From Pseudomonadota bacterium (lineage in GTDB: Bacteria; Desulfobacterota; Desulfobacteria; Desulfobacterales; JAHIVH01): DNA of 64,000 nucleotides. Within the stretch, counting starts at the first letter, position 1, and the number at the start of each line of letters is the position of its first letter. Positions 43,050-54,869 of the stretch are shown here, one piece after another. The notes beneath the pieces are model-generated. The model searched no databases, was not told where the DNA came from, and saw only the letters and a program-made list of their open reading frames with translations. The position numbers and the translations under genes are program-made. The stretch is taken from the NCBI GenBank assembly GCA_018816735.1, contig JAHIVH010000016.1, forward strand, positions 9 through 64,008, in the 5' to 3' direction.

Positions 43050-45803
43050 ATGACAAAAAAATGGGTTTATCTTTTTACAGAATTTGGCCAGGCGTTAAAA
43101 GATGTCGGTAATGTCTGGGATGAGGCAAGAGGGCTTCTGGGAGGAAAAGGTGCCAATCTTGCGGATATGGCCAGGATAAACGTGCCGGTACCTCCTGGTT
43201 TTACAGTGACAACAGAAGCCTGCCGGGCATATATTGAATCGGGAAATGTGTTCCCCGAAGGCATGTGGGAACAAATGAAGGAATCCATGGGGGTTATTGA
43301 ATCCCAGGCCGGCAAACGATTTGGGGGAAAAGAAAATCCATTGCTGGTATCCTGCCGTTCCGGGGCGAAATTTTCCATGCCGGGTATGATGGACACGGTT
43401 TTGAATGTGGGATTGAATGATGAAACGGCGGAAAGCATGGCCAATCTGACAGGTGATCCCCGATTTGTATACGATTCCTACAGGCGGTTGATTCAAATGT
43501 ATGGAACGGTTGTAAGAGGGCTTCCTGATGAATTGTTTGAAAACGTCATCCACCGGGTTAAACTGAAAGCAAACGTTCAGAATGATACAGACCTTTCCGA
43601 AGCGCATTTAAGAGAAATCACCCATGAATTCAAGGCTCTTTTCCTGCGGAATGTGGGGCATGAGTTTCCGAGCGACCCTTACCAGCAGTTATCCTGGGCA
43701 ACGGAGGCTGTTTTTAAAAGCTGGAACAGCAAGCGGGCCATGGATTACAGGAATGCCACCGGCATTCCCCATGATCTTGGCACGGCTGTCAGTATTGTGG
43801 CCATGGTTTTTGGAAATATGGGAAACGACTGTGCCACGGGTGTGGCGATGACCCGAGACGGATCTACCGGAGAAAGGCATATGGAGGGGGATTATCTGAC
43901 AAATGCCCAGGGAGAAGACGTGGTCGCAGGCATCCGGCAGACATGTGATATCGGTCTCTTGAAAAAAGAAATGCCGAAAGCCTATGCAGAGCTTGCCGGT
44001 ATCGCCAAAAGGCTTGAGGAACACTATCGTGACATGCAGGATATCGAATTCACGATAGAAAAACAAAAACTATGGATGCTTCAGACCCGTGATGGAAAAA
44101 GAACGGCCCGCGCTACGGTGAGGATTGCGGTGGACATGGCGGAAGAGGGCTTGATATCAAGGGAGGAAGCCGTGTTACGAGTATCTCCCGAGCATGTGGA
44201 CTTTTTTCTGCATCCCCAGTTTGATAATTCGGCCATCGTGCTTGCCAGGAATCAGGGGAGACTTCTTGCCAGAGGCTTGAACGTTTCACCGGGTGCGGCC
44301 TGCGGGATGGTTGTTTTTGATGCCAATCGGGCCGAAGCCTGGGCAAAAGAAGGGAAATCCGTTATCATGGCAAGACCTGAGACCAAGCCCGATGATGTGC
44401 ATGGGATGCTGGCCTCAAAAGGGATCATGACCAGCAGGGGAGGCCGGACAAGTCACGCAGCTCTTGTGGCCAGACAATTCGGCCGGCCGGCCGTGGTGGG
44501 CATTTCCTCCCTGGAGATCGATGTGGATAAGCGCCAGATGACCGTCAATAATAAAGTGATCATCGAGGGCGAATGGCTTTCACTGGATGGCAATACCGGT
44601 GAAATTTTTGAAGGCAACATCGAAACCCTGATCCCGGATATTAAAGACCCGTGGCTGATCAAACTGCTTTCATGGGCAGACGAGTTCAGAAGGCTTGAGA
44701 TATGGGCCAATGCCGATTATCCTCATGATGCCAAACTCGCGAGAAGCTACGGTGCGCAAGGAATCGGCCTATGCCGTTCCGAGCATATGTTTTTTGAAGC
44801 GGAAAGGCTGGTTCATGTCCAGAAAATGATCATGTCCAACTATCCGATGGAGCGCCGGGAAGCACTCGAGGCAGTGCAGGTATTTCAACGGGACGACTTT
44901 ATCAAGCTGTTTCGGGTAATGCAGGGCCTGCCGGTGGTTATCCGTCTGATTGACCCGCCGTTACATGAATTTCTGCCAAACCGGATTGATCTGTTGAGAG
45001 ACCTGGCGGATTTGAAAATCCGGCTGCAACATGCCGGAAATTTGAAAGAGATCGATGGATTGATCAGCATGGTGAAAGAAAAGGAAACCATTCTGGAGCG
45101 GGTTGAACGACTGTACGAACAGAATCCCATGCTGGGCTTGAGAGGAATTCGCCTGGGGATTCTGATTCCTGAGATCATATCCATGCAGGTGCGGGCTATT
45201 TTTGAAGCGGTCTGCCAGGTAAAAAAAGAGGGGATGGATGTCTACCTGAAAATCATGATCCCGCTCGTCAGTCATGCCAATGAATTAAAGATCATGAAAA
45301 GCCGTATAGAAGATGAAGCGTCAAAAATAGTTCAAGATCATGCCATTCAATTTGATTACCAGTTCGGCACCATGATCGAGCTTCCCAGAGCTGCACTGAC
45401 TGCCGACAAGATTGCCGAATACGTTTCGTTTGTCTCTTTCGGAACCAATGACCTGACCCAGACCACGTATGGTATTTCAAGAGATGACGCTGAAACTGGA
45501 TTCTTGATTGAATATATCGATAAAGGTATTCTGCCCGATAATCCTTTCGCCATTTTAGATAAGGATGGCGTGGGAGAGTTGATCCGAATAGCTGTGGAAA
45601 AAGGACGGTCAAGGAGAGACGATCTGGAGTGTGGCATATGCGGAGAGCATGGCGGGGAACCAAAGTCGATTCATTTATGTAACGCATTGAAACTGAATTA
45701 TGTTTCCTGTTCTCCATATCGGGTTCCGGTTGCGAGAATTGCAGCGGCACATGCAAGTATTCAGGAAAGAAAAGCGAACAGAAAAGGACCTGACTCATAT
45801 TGA
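43050..45803 (+). CDS. ppdK: Pyruvate, phosphate dikinase
   Basis: LGGKGANL, SMPGMMDT, GGRTSHAA, SFGTNDLTQ, GICGEHGG. Confidence 0.97.
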   Translation: MTKKWVYLFTEFGQALKDVGNVWDEARGLLGGKGANLADMARINVPVPPGFTVTTEACRAYIESGNVFPEGMWEQMKESMGVIESQAGKRFGGKENPLLVSCRSGAKFSMPGMMDTVLNVGLNDETAESMANLTGDPRFVYDSYRRLIQMYGTVVRGLPDELFENVIHRVKLKANVQNDTDLSEAHLREITHEFKALFLRNVGHEFPSDPYQQLSWATEAVFKSWNSKRAMDYRNATGIPHDLGTAVSIVAMVFGNMGNDCATGVAMTRDGSTGERHMEGDYLTNAQGEDVVAGIRQTCDIGLLKKEMPKAYAELAGIAKRLEEHYRDMQDIEFTIEKQKLWMLQTRDGKRTARATVRIAVDMAEEGLISREEAVLRVSPEHVDFFLHPQFDNSAIVLARNQGRLLARGLNVSPGAACGMVVFDANRAEAWAKEGKSVIMARPETKPDDVHGMLASKGIMTSRGGRTSHAALVARQFGRPAVVGISSLEIDVDKRQMTVNNKVIIEGEWLSLDGNTGEIFEGNIETLIPDIKDPWLIKLLSWADEFRRLEIWANADYPHDAKLARSYGAQGIGLCRSEHMFFEAERLVHVQKMIMSNYPMERREALEAVQVFQRDDFIKLFRVMQGLPVVIRLIDPPLHEFLPNRIDLLRDLADLKIRLQHAGNLKEIDGLISMVKEKETILERVERLYEQNPMLGLRGIRLGILIPEIISMQVRAIFEAVCQVKKEGMDVYLKIMIPLVSHANELKIMKSRIEDEASKIVQDHAIQFDYQFGTMIELPRAALTADKIAEYVSFVSFGTNDLTQTTYGISRDDAETGFLIEYIDKGILPDNPFAILDKDGVGELIRIAVEKGRSRRDDLECGICGEHGGEPKSIHLCNALKLNYVSCSPYRVPVARIAAAHASIQERKANRKGPDSY

Positions 45804-47236
45804 TATCATTTTCTTCCTTTCATCTGAGCTTACGGACCCAGCTTTTGATCGTCATGGTATCCATGATGATACTGTCGGTTGGAAGCCTTACCTATCTTCA
45901 GGAAGTCACGGAAGACCGCATTTTTGATTTGATCCAGGACGAAATTAACGGTCTGACCAAAGCCATTGAAATCAGTGTGGAGCAGATTACAGCCGCAGGA
46001 TCCACCAATGAGGCCCGATTGAAGAACTATTTTGATCAGTTGCAGAAGCGTGGCATTGGGGAAGTCTCCATCCTGAGTTCACAGCAGGAAGTGATTCAAA
46101 GCTCAAATCCGCGCATCATCGGAAGCAGGCTAAGCGTCGACAAAAATGAACTGCTGATCACCCAGAACATCGGAGAAAATGAAGGCAGCAGATCAAAAAA
46201 AATTTACAGTGCCTTTGTGCCGGTCATTTCCAGAGGTGGCCTGGAAGGATATATTCATATCCGTATGTATTTTGATGATCTGGAAAACATGAGCAAGGAA
46301 ATGCTCACCAAAAGAACCCTTTGGACATTGACCATTTTCAGCATCGGTTTCCTCTTGTGCATATTAATTTCATACCAGTATACCAAACCCATTCCGGTGT
46401 TGATCGAGGCCATCCGGTCCATTGCCCAGGGGCGGATGCCCCATCTGCCCAGAATTCCCCGAACCGACATCCGCACCCTTGCAGATTCCCTGGGTGAAAT
46501 GATTCGCAAACTGGAAGAACAAAAAACCATGGAGGAAAAACTCAAGCGCGCGGAACAGCAGGCCATGCTGTCGCAACTGGCATCGGGCATTGCCCATGAA
46601 ATACGTAATCCTTTGAATTTTATAAGCCTTTCAGTTGACCATTTGGGCACCCTCAAACGCCTGGAATCTGCTGGTGGCAAAAACAGCCCGGAAGACCTCA
46701 TCCAAAAAACGAAACTTGAAATCCGGCGGGTGAACCAGATGGTGACAAATTTTCTGGACCTTGGACGGGAGCTGATACTTTGCCCTGTTCATCTGAAAGC
46801 TGACCTCCCTCTGGAGGAAGCCCTGGGATTGAGTGGCCATCTGCTGAAAGATCGCGGTATTGAGATTGTCAGGTCGTACTGTGATCCGTTACCGGAAGTA
46901 AATGTGGATATTGACCGGATGAAATCCTGTTTTCAGAATCTGATCAATAACGCTGCCGATGCCATGCCCCAGGGAGGAAGCCTTGATATATCCATTGACG
47001 TCAGAAACGGAAATGTGGAATTCTCTTTCAAAGACATGGGCGAAGGCATTAAACCTGACGATCTGGAAAGGATATTTGAGCCATATTTCACAACCAAGAA
47101 AACAGGGACCGGCCTTGGCCTGGCCATCTGTAAACGCATTGTCGCGGCCCATAAAGGCAATATCAGCATTTTAAGTGAGCCCGGTAAAGGGACGTGTGCC
47201 AAGGTGTCGATTCCCATATCGGGCGGGAGTATGTAA
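45800..47236 (+). CDS. Membrane HAMP sensor histidine kinase
   Basis: Two TM segments, IAHEIRNPL, FEPYFTTK, GTGLGL. Confidence 0.9.
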   Translation: MISFSSFHLSLRTQLLIVMVSMMILSVGSLTYLQEVTEDRIFDLIQDEINGLTKAIEISVEQITAAGSTNEARLKNYFDQLQKRGIGEVSILSSQQEVIQSSNPRIIGSRLSVDKNELLITQNIGENEGSRSKKIYSAFVPVISRGGLEGYIHIRMYFDDLENMSKEMLTKRTLWTLTIFSIGFLLCILISYQYTKPIPVLIEAIRSIAQGRMPHLPRIPRTDIRTLADSLGEMIRKLEEQKTMEEKLKRAEQQAMLSQLASGIAHEIRNPLNFISLSVDHLGTLKRLESAGGKNSPEDLIQKTKLEIRRVNQMVTNFLDLGRELILCPVHLKADLPLEEALGLSGHLLKDRGIEIVRSYCDPLPEVNVDIDRMKSCFQNLINNAADAMPQGGSLDISIDVRNGNVEFSFKDMGEGIKPDDLERIFEPYFTTKKTGTGLGLAICKRIVAAHKGNISILSEPGKGTCAKVSIPISGGSM

Positions 47237-48645
47237 TGGAAACGTGGAAGATTCTCATTGTGGACGACGAGGCTTACCAGAGGGATATTCTGCAGGTGAT
47301 TCTGGAGAGTGAGGGCTTTAATGCAAAATGTGCTGAAAACGGCCGTCGGGCCCTTGAAATGAGTGCTTCATTTGCGCCGGATGTTGTGCTGTGCGATCTG
47401 AAGCTGCCGGATATGGAAGGAACAGAAGTGATGGAAAAACTCCTGACATCCAATCGGCAAAAGCTCGAATTCATTATATTTACTGCCCATGGCACCATTG
47501 AATCCGCTGTCGAAGCCATCAAAAAAGGCGCGTTTGATTACATCACCAAACCTGTGGAGCGGGAAAAACTGATCCTTACCACCCATCGCGCCTGTGAGCG
47601 CCTGGCGCTGGTCCGGGAAAATATGCAGCTGAAAAAACAGCTGGCACGCCCATTTACTATCGAGGGGATCATTACCAAACATCCCAAGATGATCAAGGTT
47701 CTTGATTTTATCAAAATGGTCGGCCCCCTGAACGTTACGGTGTTGATAACCGGTGAAACCGGGACCGGAAAAGATCTGGCGGCACGTGCCATCCATGCCT
47801 GCGGTCACCGGAAGCAGAAGGCCTTTCAGGCTGTCAACTGCGCATCCATGCCGGAAACCCTGTTGGAAAGTGAACTTTTTGGTTATGAAAAAGGCGCATT
47901 CACCGGTGCATTTTCCCAAAAACAGGGATTGATTGAAAGTGCTGACGGCGGCACATTGTTTCTGGATGAAATCGGCGAAATGCCCATGGCGCCCCAGGCC
48001 AAACTTCTTCGATTCCTGGAAGAAAAAAAAATCCGGCGCATCGGCGGTAAACAGGAAATTCATATGGACGTGCGGCTGATTGCCGCCACCAACAAGAAAC
48101 TGGGTGACGAGATAAAAAATGGACAGTTCAGGGAAGACCTGTTCTACCGCTTCAGGGGATTTGTCATTGATCTGCCGCCTTTAAGGGATCGGGTTTCGGA
48201 TATTTATCTCCTTGCCCAATCGTTTATCGAAAAATACAATCTGATTTTCAACAAAAACGTCCGTGGTTTAAATAGCGAAGCCATGCGGATACTGATGGCA
48301 TTTCACTGGCCAGGCAATGTGCGGCAGCTTGACTCGGTAATCGAGAAAGCCGTTCTGGTGACCAACAGCGATTTGATCGCCCCTGAAGATATCGATTTGC
48401 CGGTGCCGCAGGAAAACCGGAACGGCCTGAAGCCCGATTTCGATCTTCCTGTTGGCAACATGTCCCTGGATGAAATCGAACGCCAGGTGATCGTAAGGGC
48501 CATTGAAAAATCCGACGGCTGCATGACAAAGGCGGCCAAACTCCTCGGGACCACTTACCGGACGGTTGAGTATCGGGTGAAAAAATATGGTATATCCCGG
48601 GTTCATCACCCCAATGGTGAAGGGGAGCCGCCAAATTATAAATAA
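47236..48645 (+). CDS. Sigma-54-dependent response regulator (NtrC/AtoC family)
   Basis: Receiver, GETGTGKD, GAFTGA, WPGNVRQL, Fis HTH. ATG overlaps the kinase TAA. Confidence 0.93.
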   Translation: METWKILIVDDEAYQRDILQVILESEGFNAKCAENGRRALEMSASFAPDVVLCDLKLPDMEGTEVMEKLLTSNRQKLEFIIFTAHGTIESAVEAIKKGAFDYITKPVEREKLILTTHRACERLALVRENMQLKKQLARPFTIEGIITKHPKMIKVLDFIKMVGPLNVTVLITGETGTGKDLAARAIHACGHRKQKAFQAVNCASMPETLLESELFGYEKGAFTGAFSQKQGLIESADGGTLFLDEIGEMPMAPQAKLLRFLEEKKIRRIGGKQEIHMDVRLIAATNKKLGDEIKNGQFREDLFYRFRGFVIDLPPLRDRVSDIYLLAQSFIEKYNLIFNKNVRGLNSEAMRILMAFHWPGNVRQLDSVIEKAVLVTNSDLIAPEDIDLPVPQENRNGLKPDFDLPVGNMSLDEIERQVIVRAIEKSDGCMTKAAKLLGTTYRTVEYRVKKYGISRVHHPNGEGEPPNYK

Positions 48646-48916
48646 AGGCTAACGTTTATTTTATTGTATCTTCTATCCTTTTTGTATATTATGCATTTTA
48701 AATATGAATCAATGCGGATAACTTTTTAATCATTCGCGAAATTCATGAAGGCTTCATAATGACGTTGATTTTTTTTAGCAAGGAAGCCTAACTATCCAAG
48801 CACCATCGTGAAAACCAGGATGCCGGGCAACTTCAGCTTACACTGACTTCATCAAACCTTGTAACCATCAATATCCTTTGGTCCGATTTTCCCAATATAA
48901 AACAAGAAGGCAACCC

Positions 48917-51900
48917 ATGCCAGTAAAAAAGAAATCCGGCGATACGCCAGAGAAGAAAAGAAAATCAACGCCAAAGACATCAAAAAGTCCTTTACCATCC
49001 CACGCTGCCAAAGAACCCGAGAACCTGAAACCCGCTGATAATGACCGTTTTTTCATTGTGGGCATGGGCGCATCTGCAGGCGGCTTGGATGCGTTGGAAA
49101 AATTTTTTCAACACATGCCGCATGACAGCCATATGGCCTTTATTGTTGTAACCCACCTTGATCCCAATCATGTAAGCATCATGCCTGAACTGATCCGGAA
49201 ACAAACCCAGATGACGGTGCTGACCATTGCAGACGGATTGAAGGTTGACCCTGACTGCATATACATCGTGCCGCCCAACAACGATGTGGGGATAATACAC
49301 GGGTTCCTTCAACTCATCGAATTTGTGGAGGGCACTAGCCATCGGTCGCCCATCAACTATTTTTTTAAAACCCTTGCGGCTGATCAAAAAGAAAAAGCCA
49401 TCGGTATCATCTTGTCCGGGATGGGAACGGACGGCACTCTGGGATTAAAAGCCATAAAGGAAGAACAGGGCATGGCCATGGTGCACGATCCTGAAACCGC
49501 GAAATTTGACGGCATGCCAAAAAGCGCCATTGAAACCGGACGGGCAGATTATATTTTGCCACCTGAAAAAATGCCGGATCAGCTCATAAAGTATATCAAG
49601 GGCACTTTTGCCACCACAGATCAAGCGGTTGATTTGAGCAAAAAGTCAATGGGCATCTTGCAAAAAATCTTTATTACGATTCGATCCCAAACCGGGCATG
49701 ACTTCTCACATTATAAGAAAAATACAATCCTGAGACGCATTGAACGCCGGATGAATGTCCACCAGATTGACAGCATTACCCATTATTATAAATATCTTCA
49801 ACAAAGCGCCACTGAAGTTAAGATATTGTTCAACGATTTTTTGATCGGCGTGACCCGCTTTTTCAGGGATTCGGAAGCGTTTGATGCGCTGAGTAAAAAT
49901 GGGTTTCCAAAACTGTTAGAAAACAAACCCGGTGATTACACCCTGAGAATGTGGGTCCCGGGTTGCTCCACCGGTGAAGAAGCCTATTCCATAGGGATTG
50001 TTCTAAAGGAATTTATGGATCGGAACAACCTGAATGTGAACGTCCAGATATTTGCCACCGATCTTGACCCTGACACGATAGACATTGCCAGAAAAGGCCT
50101 TTTCCCGGCAAGCACCGCGGAAGATGTGGGAAAAGAGCGCCTGAGCCGTTATTTTGCGAAACAGGGTGACGGTTTTCAGATCCGGACAGAGATCCGGGAA
50201 ATGATCGTGTTTGCTGCCCAGGATATTATCAAGGACCCGCCGTTTACCAAACTGGACCTGATATCCTGCCGCAATTTATTGATTTATTTTGACAATGACC
50301 TGCAAAAAATGCTCATACCGCTGTTCCATTATGCACTCAACCCAAACGGGGTTCTTTTTTTAGGCACCTCTGAAACCATTGGCGGGTTTCTGGATCTGTT
50401 TTCGGTCATGGATAAAAAATGGAAAATCTATGAGCGCAAACCCGGCACACACGCAAAACATGCTTTTATTCAGTTTCCCGTCTCATTACCGGTTACACAG
50501 GCTGTTTCTAACGCACCACCCCAAATAGCCAACGTTTCAAATCATCAGCTTATAGAGCGTGTCCTGCTTAGAGATATTGCACCGCCTTGTGTCTTGATCA
50601 ATGAAAAAGGGGAAATACTTTATATCCACGGCAGAACCGGCAAGTATCTGGAACCGGCCCCAGGAGAGTTTCAGCTCAATATTCTTGATATGGCCCGGAA
50701 AGGATTGAAATTCAAACTGTCTGCCGCCATCAGAAAGGCGGTAAATACGCAAAAGGAAATTGTTTCAGCGGGCCTTACGATTGAGGGTAACAGCCATCCT
50801 CAGATGATCAACCTGATTGTAAAACCCCTTCACGAATCCAATACCCAACACGGTCAATTGCTGATCATATTCGAAGATTTAAAAATACCCGTAAAAGAAG
50901 ACCACAGTGAACATAAACTTGGCCCAGATGACAAAACAGCGGAAAGCATAAAAAAGGTTGAAGCAGAGCTGCAATATGCCAAAGAAAACCTGCAGACCAC
51001 CATTGAAGAACTGGAAACGTCCAATGAAGAACTCAAATCGACCAACGAAGAGCTGCAAAGCACCAACGAAGAATTGCAAAGTACCAATGAGGAGCTGAAA
51101 ACATCCAAGGAAGAGCAGCAATCGTTAAGCGAAGAACTGCAAACCGTTAATTCGGAACTTCAGAAAAAAATTGAAGCGTTCTCCCAGGCAAACAATGACA
51201 TGAAAAACCTGTTGGATAGCATGGAAATTCCCACGCTATTTCTGGATAATCGTCTGTGCATCAAACGGTTTACCGCCCCCATCCATAAAATCATGAATCT
51301 GATCCCATCAGATATCGGGCGCCCCATCAATGATATGGTGGTCAAATTGAAAGATACAATCATTGTCAATCTTGCTGAAAAAGTCTTAAAGGATCTGGCG
51401 TTCAGGGAAAAAGAAGTCATCACTCACGACGGGCACTGGTATTTAATGCGGATTCGTCCTTATCGCACACTGGATAACATCATTGACGGGCTGGTCGTGA
51501 TATTTTTGGACATTGACGATCAAAAATCCGCCATGAAAAAAATAGAAACCTTAAATACTGAAAACCAGGATGCCCGTAATTATTCGGAAAGCATCATTGA
51601 AACACTCAGGGAATCGATCCTGGTACTTGATCATGAACTGAGAATCATATCTGCCAACAAATCATTCTATCGGTATTTTAAAGTATCTGAACAAGAAACG
51701 ATTGGGAAAAAGCTCTATGACCTGGGAAATGGGCAATGGGACATCCCGGATCTTAGACGGTTACTCGATGAAATCATCCCCCAGGATACTGCGTTTGACG
51801 ATTATAAAATTGAGCATGACTTTAAATCGATCGGCTTAAAAAAACTGACCCTGAATGCCCGAAAAATTGTGGCCAATGGCAGCAAAAAGGAAAAGATACT

Positions 51901-51922
51901 TTTGGCCATAGAGGCTTCATAA
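48917..51922 (+). CDS. CheB/CheR fusion protein with PAS domains
   Basis: [40 protein letters not shown] coiled-coil repeats. Confidence 0.92.
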   Translation: MPVKKKSGDTPEKKRKSTPKTSKSPLPSHAAKEPENLKPADNDRFFIVGMGASAGGLDALEKFFQHMPHDSHMAFIVVTHLDPNHVSIMPELIRKQTQMTVLTIADGLKVDPDCIYIVPPNNDVGIIHGFLQLIEFVEGTSHRSPINYFFKTLAADQKEKAIGIILSGMGTDGTLGLKAIKEEQGMAMVHDPETAKFDGMPKSAIETGRADYILPPEKMPDQLIKYIKGTFATTDQAVDLSKKSMGILQKIFITIRSQTGHDFSHYKKNTILRRIERRMNVHQIDSITHYYKYLQQSATEVKILFNDFLIGVTRFFRDSEAFDALSKNGFPKLLENKPGDYTLRMWVPGCSTGEEAYSIGIVLKEFMDRNNLNVNVQIFATDLDPDTIDIARKGLFPASTAEDVGKERLSRYFAKQGDGFQIRTEIREMIVFAAQDIIKDPPFTKLDLISCRNLLIYFDNDLQKMLIPLFHYALNPNGVLFLGTSETIGGFLDLFSVMDKKWKIYERKPGTHAKHAFIQFPVSLPVTQAVSNAPPQIANVSNHQLIERVLLRDIAPPCVLINEKGEILYIHGRTGKYLEPAPGEFQLNILDMARKGLKFKLSAAIRKAVNTQKEIVSAGLTIEGNSHPQMINLIVKPLHESNTQHGQLLIIFEDLKIPVKEDHSEHKLGPDDKTAESIKKVEAELQYAKENLQTTIEELETSNEELKSTNEELQSTNEELQSTNEELKTSKEEQQSLSEELQTVNSELQKKIEAFSQANNDMKNLLDSMEIPTLFLDNRLCIKRFTAPIHKIMNLIPSDIGRPINDMVVKLKDTIIVNLAEKVLKDLAFREKEVITHDGHWYLMRIRPYRTLDNIIDGLVVIFLDIDDQKSAMKKIETLNTENQDARNYSESIIETLRESILVLDHELRIISANKSFYRYFKVSEQETIGKKLYDLGNGQWDIPDLRRLLDEIIPQDTAFDDYKIEHDFKSIGLKKLTLNARKIVANGSKKEKILLAIEAS

Positions 51923-51948
51923 AAAATATTTGAAAAATCAGACTGCTG

Positions 51949-54276
51949 TTGAAGGAGAAAACAATGGAAGCGTATTCAACCCATTCCCTGTCCAATATCA
52001 GAGCCCGGGCAGAGAAGATCCTCCGGGAAAACCCGGAAAATCTATACAAAATACCTGCCCATGATATCCAGAAGCTCCTGCATGAGCTCTATGTCCACCA
52101 GATCGAGCTTGAACTTTCAAATGAAGAGCTGCGATCTGCCCAAAAAATATCAGAAGAAGCAAAACAAAGGTATTTTGATTTATATGACCTTGCACCGGTG
52201 GGCTATTTTACACTCACCAAAACCGGCCAGATTCTGGAAGTCAACCTTTCAGGCGCTGACTTGCTGGGCGTTGAAAGAAAAAAACTGATCAATACCTGGT
52301 TCAGGCAGTTTATTGTTCCGGAGGATAGCGATGCATTTTATCTCCATCTGAATACATGCCTGAAGACCTGTACCAAAGAGACCTGTGACCTTAAAATGAA
52401 AACAATAGATGGTATTCCGTTTTATGTTCACATGGAAAGTGTGGCGGATCTGGATGACAATGACAGGGAAGATGTCCTCAAGGTCACACTCACAAACATC
52501 GATAAGCTTAAATCGGCTGAGGCCTGCCAACAACTGACCATAGACATCCTTTTACAGATCAATCAGACGGACGAAACCGTGGACCTGGTCCGGAATATCC
52601 TTCTCCTGATTAAAACGTTTTCTGAATCGGAAGCGGTTGGCATCCGCCTGAATGATGGTGAGGATTTTCCGTATTATTTTACCAATGGGTTTTCATCTGA
52701 TTTTGTCCAGGCTGAAAACCATCTTTGCGTCAAAGATGCAGATGGAAAAACAGTAAGAGATGCAGCGGGAAATCCCGTGCTTGAATGCATGTGCGGCAAT
52801 GTCATTTGCGGCAGAACCGACCCGGCGCTTCCCTTTTTCACCCAGCATGGCAGCTTTTGGACCAATAGCACCACAGCGCTTTTGGCGGCTACCTCGGAAA
52901 AGGACCGGCAGGCCCGGACAAGAAATCGCTGCCATGGCGAAGGATATGAATCCGTTGCCCTGATTCCGTTACGTTCCGGAAAGAAAGTACTTGGCCTCCT
53001 TCAGTTGAATGATCGTCGCAAAGACCGGTTGTCTCTTGACCGGATTCATTTTTTGGAAGGCATCGGAAACAGTATTGGCATTGCCCTGGATCGAAAAAGG
53101 GTCATGGAAGAAAAAGGGGTGCTTGCGGAACAGCTCCGTCAGTCCCAAAAAATGGAGGCCATCGGCACCCTGGCAGGGGGTATTGCCCATGATTTCAATA
53201 ACATGCTCGGTGTGGTTATCGGCAATGTTTCCTATGCGATATCCAGCCTGAATCCAAAAGAGGACATCGCTGCGATTTTAATCGATGTATTAAATGGCTC
53301 AAAGCAAGCCCAAGCCCTTACCCGGCAGCTTCTGACATTTGCCAAGGGGGGCGCGCCCATCCTGAAAGTCTCGAACATCAACCGGTTGATTCAGGATTCT
53401 GCGACGTTTGCGATCAGTGGTGCAAACGCAAAATGTGAATTCAGCCTGGCCGATGATCTTTGGACGACTGAAGTGGATGAGGGACAAATCAATCAAGTCA
53501 TCAGCAACCTAGTGATCAATGCCAACCAGGCCATGCCCCAGGGCGGTATCATTACCATACGGACCGAGAATACAGAAATCGGACCTCAACGTGGCGAGCC
53601 CCTACCTTTGGGGCGATACATTAAAATCAGTGTTGAAGATCAGGGCGTAGGCATTTCAGAAAAACATATTTCTCATATTTTTGACCCTTATTTTTCGACA
53701 AAACAGGCAGGAAGAGGCTTAGGACTTGCAATCACCTATTCCATCATCAAAAGGCATGGCGGAACGATTACCGTTCATTCCAAACTCAATCAGGGAACCA
53801 TTTTCCATATTTACCTGCCTGTCTCTTTGAAGGAACGCCAGAAAACCGAAGGAAAGAAATATGCGGTGCATCACGGTCATGGTAAAATCCTGATCATGGA
53901 CGATCAGGAGGCTATATTAAGAATGGTGGGTAATATGCTGGCCAGTATGGGATATGAGACGGTTGGTGCCACAGATGGCACCCAGGCGATTGAATTGTAT
54001 CAAGCGGCTTATCAATCTCAAACTCCCTTTGATCTGGTCATTCTCGACCTCACCGTGCCGGGAGGTATGGGCGGCGTCAAGGTCATTTCCGAATTATTGA
54101 AAATAGATGCAAGTGTTAAAGCCATTGTCTCAAGCGGCTATTCCAACGATCCCATCATGGCCGGTTATCAGGATTATGGGTTTTGTGGTGTTGTCCCAAA
54201 GCCATATACGAAGGATCAAATGGCGGAACTATTAAACAAGGTTCTGTCTGTGGGCAACGAACAACACAGATATTGA
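51949..54276 (+). CDS. PAS-GAF hybrid histidine kinase
   Basis: LYDLAPVGY PAS, Cys-rich GAF, IAHDFNN, receiver LVILDLTVP. Confidence 0.9.
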   Translation: MKEKTMEAYSTHSLSNIRARAEKILRENPENLYKIPAHDIQKLLHELYVHQIELELSNEELRSAQKISEEAKQRYFDLYDLAPVGYFTLTKTGQILEVNLSGADLLGVERKKLINTWFRQFIVPEDSDAFYLHLNTCLKTCTKETCDLKMKTIDGIPFYVHMESVADLDDNDREDVLKVTLTNIDKLKSAEACQQLTIDILLQINQTDETVDLVRNILLLIKTFSESEAVGIRLNDGEDFPYYFTNGFSSDFVQAENHLCVKDADGKTVRDAAGNPVLECMCGNVICGRTDPALPFFTQHGSFWTNSTTALLAATSEKDRQARTRNRCHGEGYESVALIPLRSGKKVLGLLQLNDRRKDRLSLDRIHFLEGIGNSIGIALDRKRVMEEKGVLAEQLRQSQKMEAIGTLAGGIAHDFNNMLGVVIGNVSYAISSLNPKEDIAAILIDVLNGSKQAQALTRQLLTFAKGGAPILKVSNINRLIQDSATFAISGANAKCEFSLADDLWTTEVDEGQINQVISNLVINANQAMPQGGIITIRTENTEIGPQRGEPLPLGRYIKISVEDQGVGISEKHISHIFDPYFSTKQAGRGLGLAITYSIIKRHGGTITVHSKLNQGTIFHIYLPVSLKERQKTEGKKYAVHHGHGKILIMDDQEAILRMVGNMLASMGYETVGATDGTQAIELYQAAYQSQTPFDLVILDLTVPGGMGGVKVISELLKIDASVKAIVSSGYSNDPIMAGYQDYGFCGVVPKPYTKDQMAELLNKVLSVGNEQHRY

Positions 54277-54445
54277 AGTTCGGCAGGCGAAGTACTTGAA
54301 TAATTGCGTTCAAAATCCAGCAGAGATATTCTATTCTCTGACAGGATAAATACAGAAACTAGGGTGACACGCGGCTTCATTTTAATTTTTTTTGACAGGA
54401 CCTGTTGACAATGGTCTTCTCGGAAGGCCCAGTGACGGAGGTATT

Positions 54446-54643
54446 ATGAAAGGTATTGTTTTTTCTGAATTTCTCGATATGGTCGATGGGAAGTTTTCCA
54501 TCGAGATGAGTGAACGCCTTGTCAGTGAGGTAAAACCACCTTCCGGCGGCGCATATACAACAGTGGGCACTTACGATGCCCAAGAAATTGTGGATTTGGT
54601 GTCAAAGCTATCCTCTATTACCGACATCTCCGTTCCTGATCTA
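54446..54643 (+). pseudogene. Heme NO-binding (HNOB/H-NOX) domain, N-terminal remnant
   Basis: GGAGG RBS, MKGIVFSEFLDMV..GAYTTVGTYD. Ends after about 66 aa. Confidence 0.82.
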
Positions 54644-54869
54644 TCAGGAGGTCGAACGCCTTTCCCGCATTGATCCACTTACAGAAATAAGCAACCGTCG
54701 CAGTTTCATTACCGATGCGCTTCGCCTTATACAGTTGGCAATCCGTCATCAAAAAAAACTGTCCTGCGCCATGCTGGATATTGATTTTTTCAAACAGGTT
54801 AACGACACCTATGGCCTTTATAAGGCTAAAGAAAACGGACGAAACCGTATTGTTCTCTGGAAAGATTGA
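54642..54869 (+). pseudogene. GGDEF diguanylate cyclase remnant with core deleted
   Basis: DPLTEISNRR, MLDIDFFKQVNDTYG joined directly to LYKAKENGRNR, so the GG(D/E)EF motif is absent. Confidence 0.85.

Noticed and set aside
51015-51110. 21-bp tandem repeats (ACCAACGAAGA...) as a CRISPR or VNTR
   Set aside because: They encode the ordinary TNEELQS heptads of CheB/CheR fusions and have no spacers
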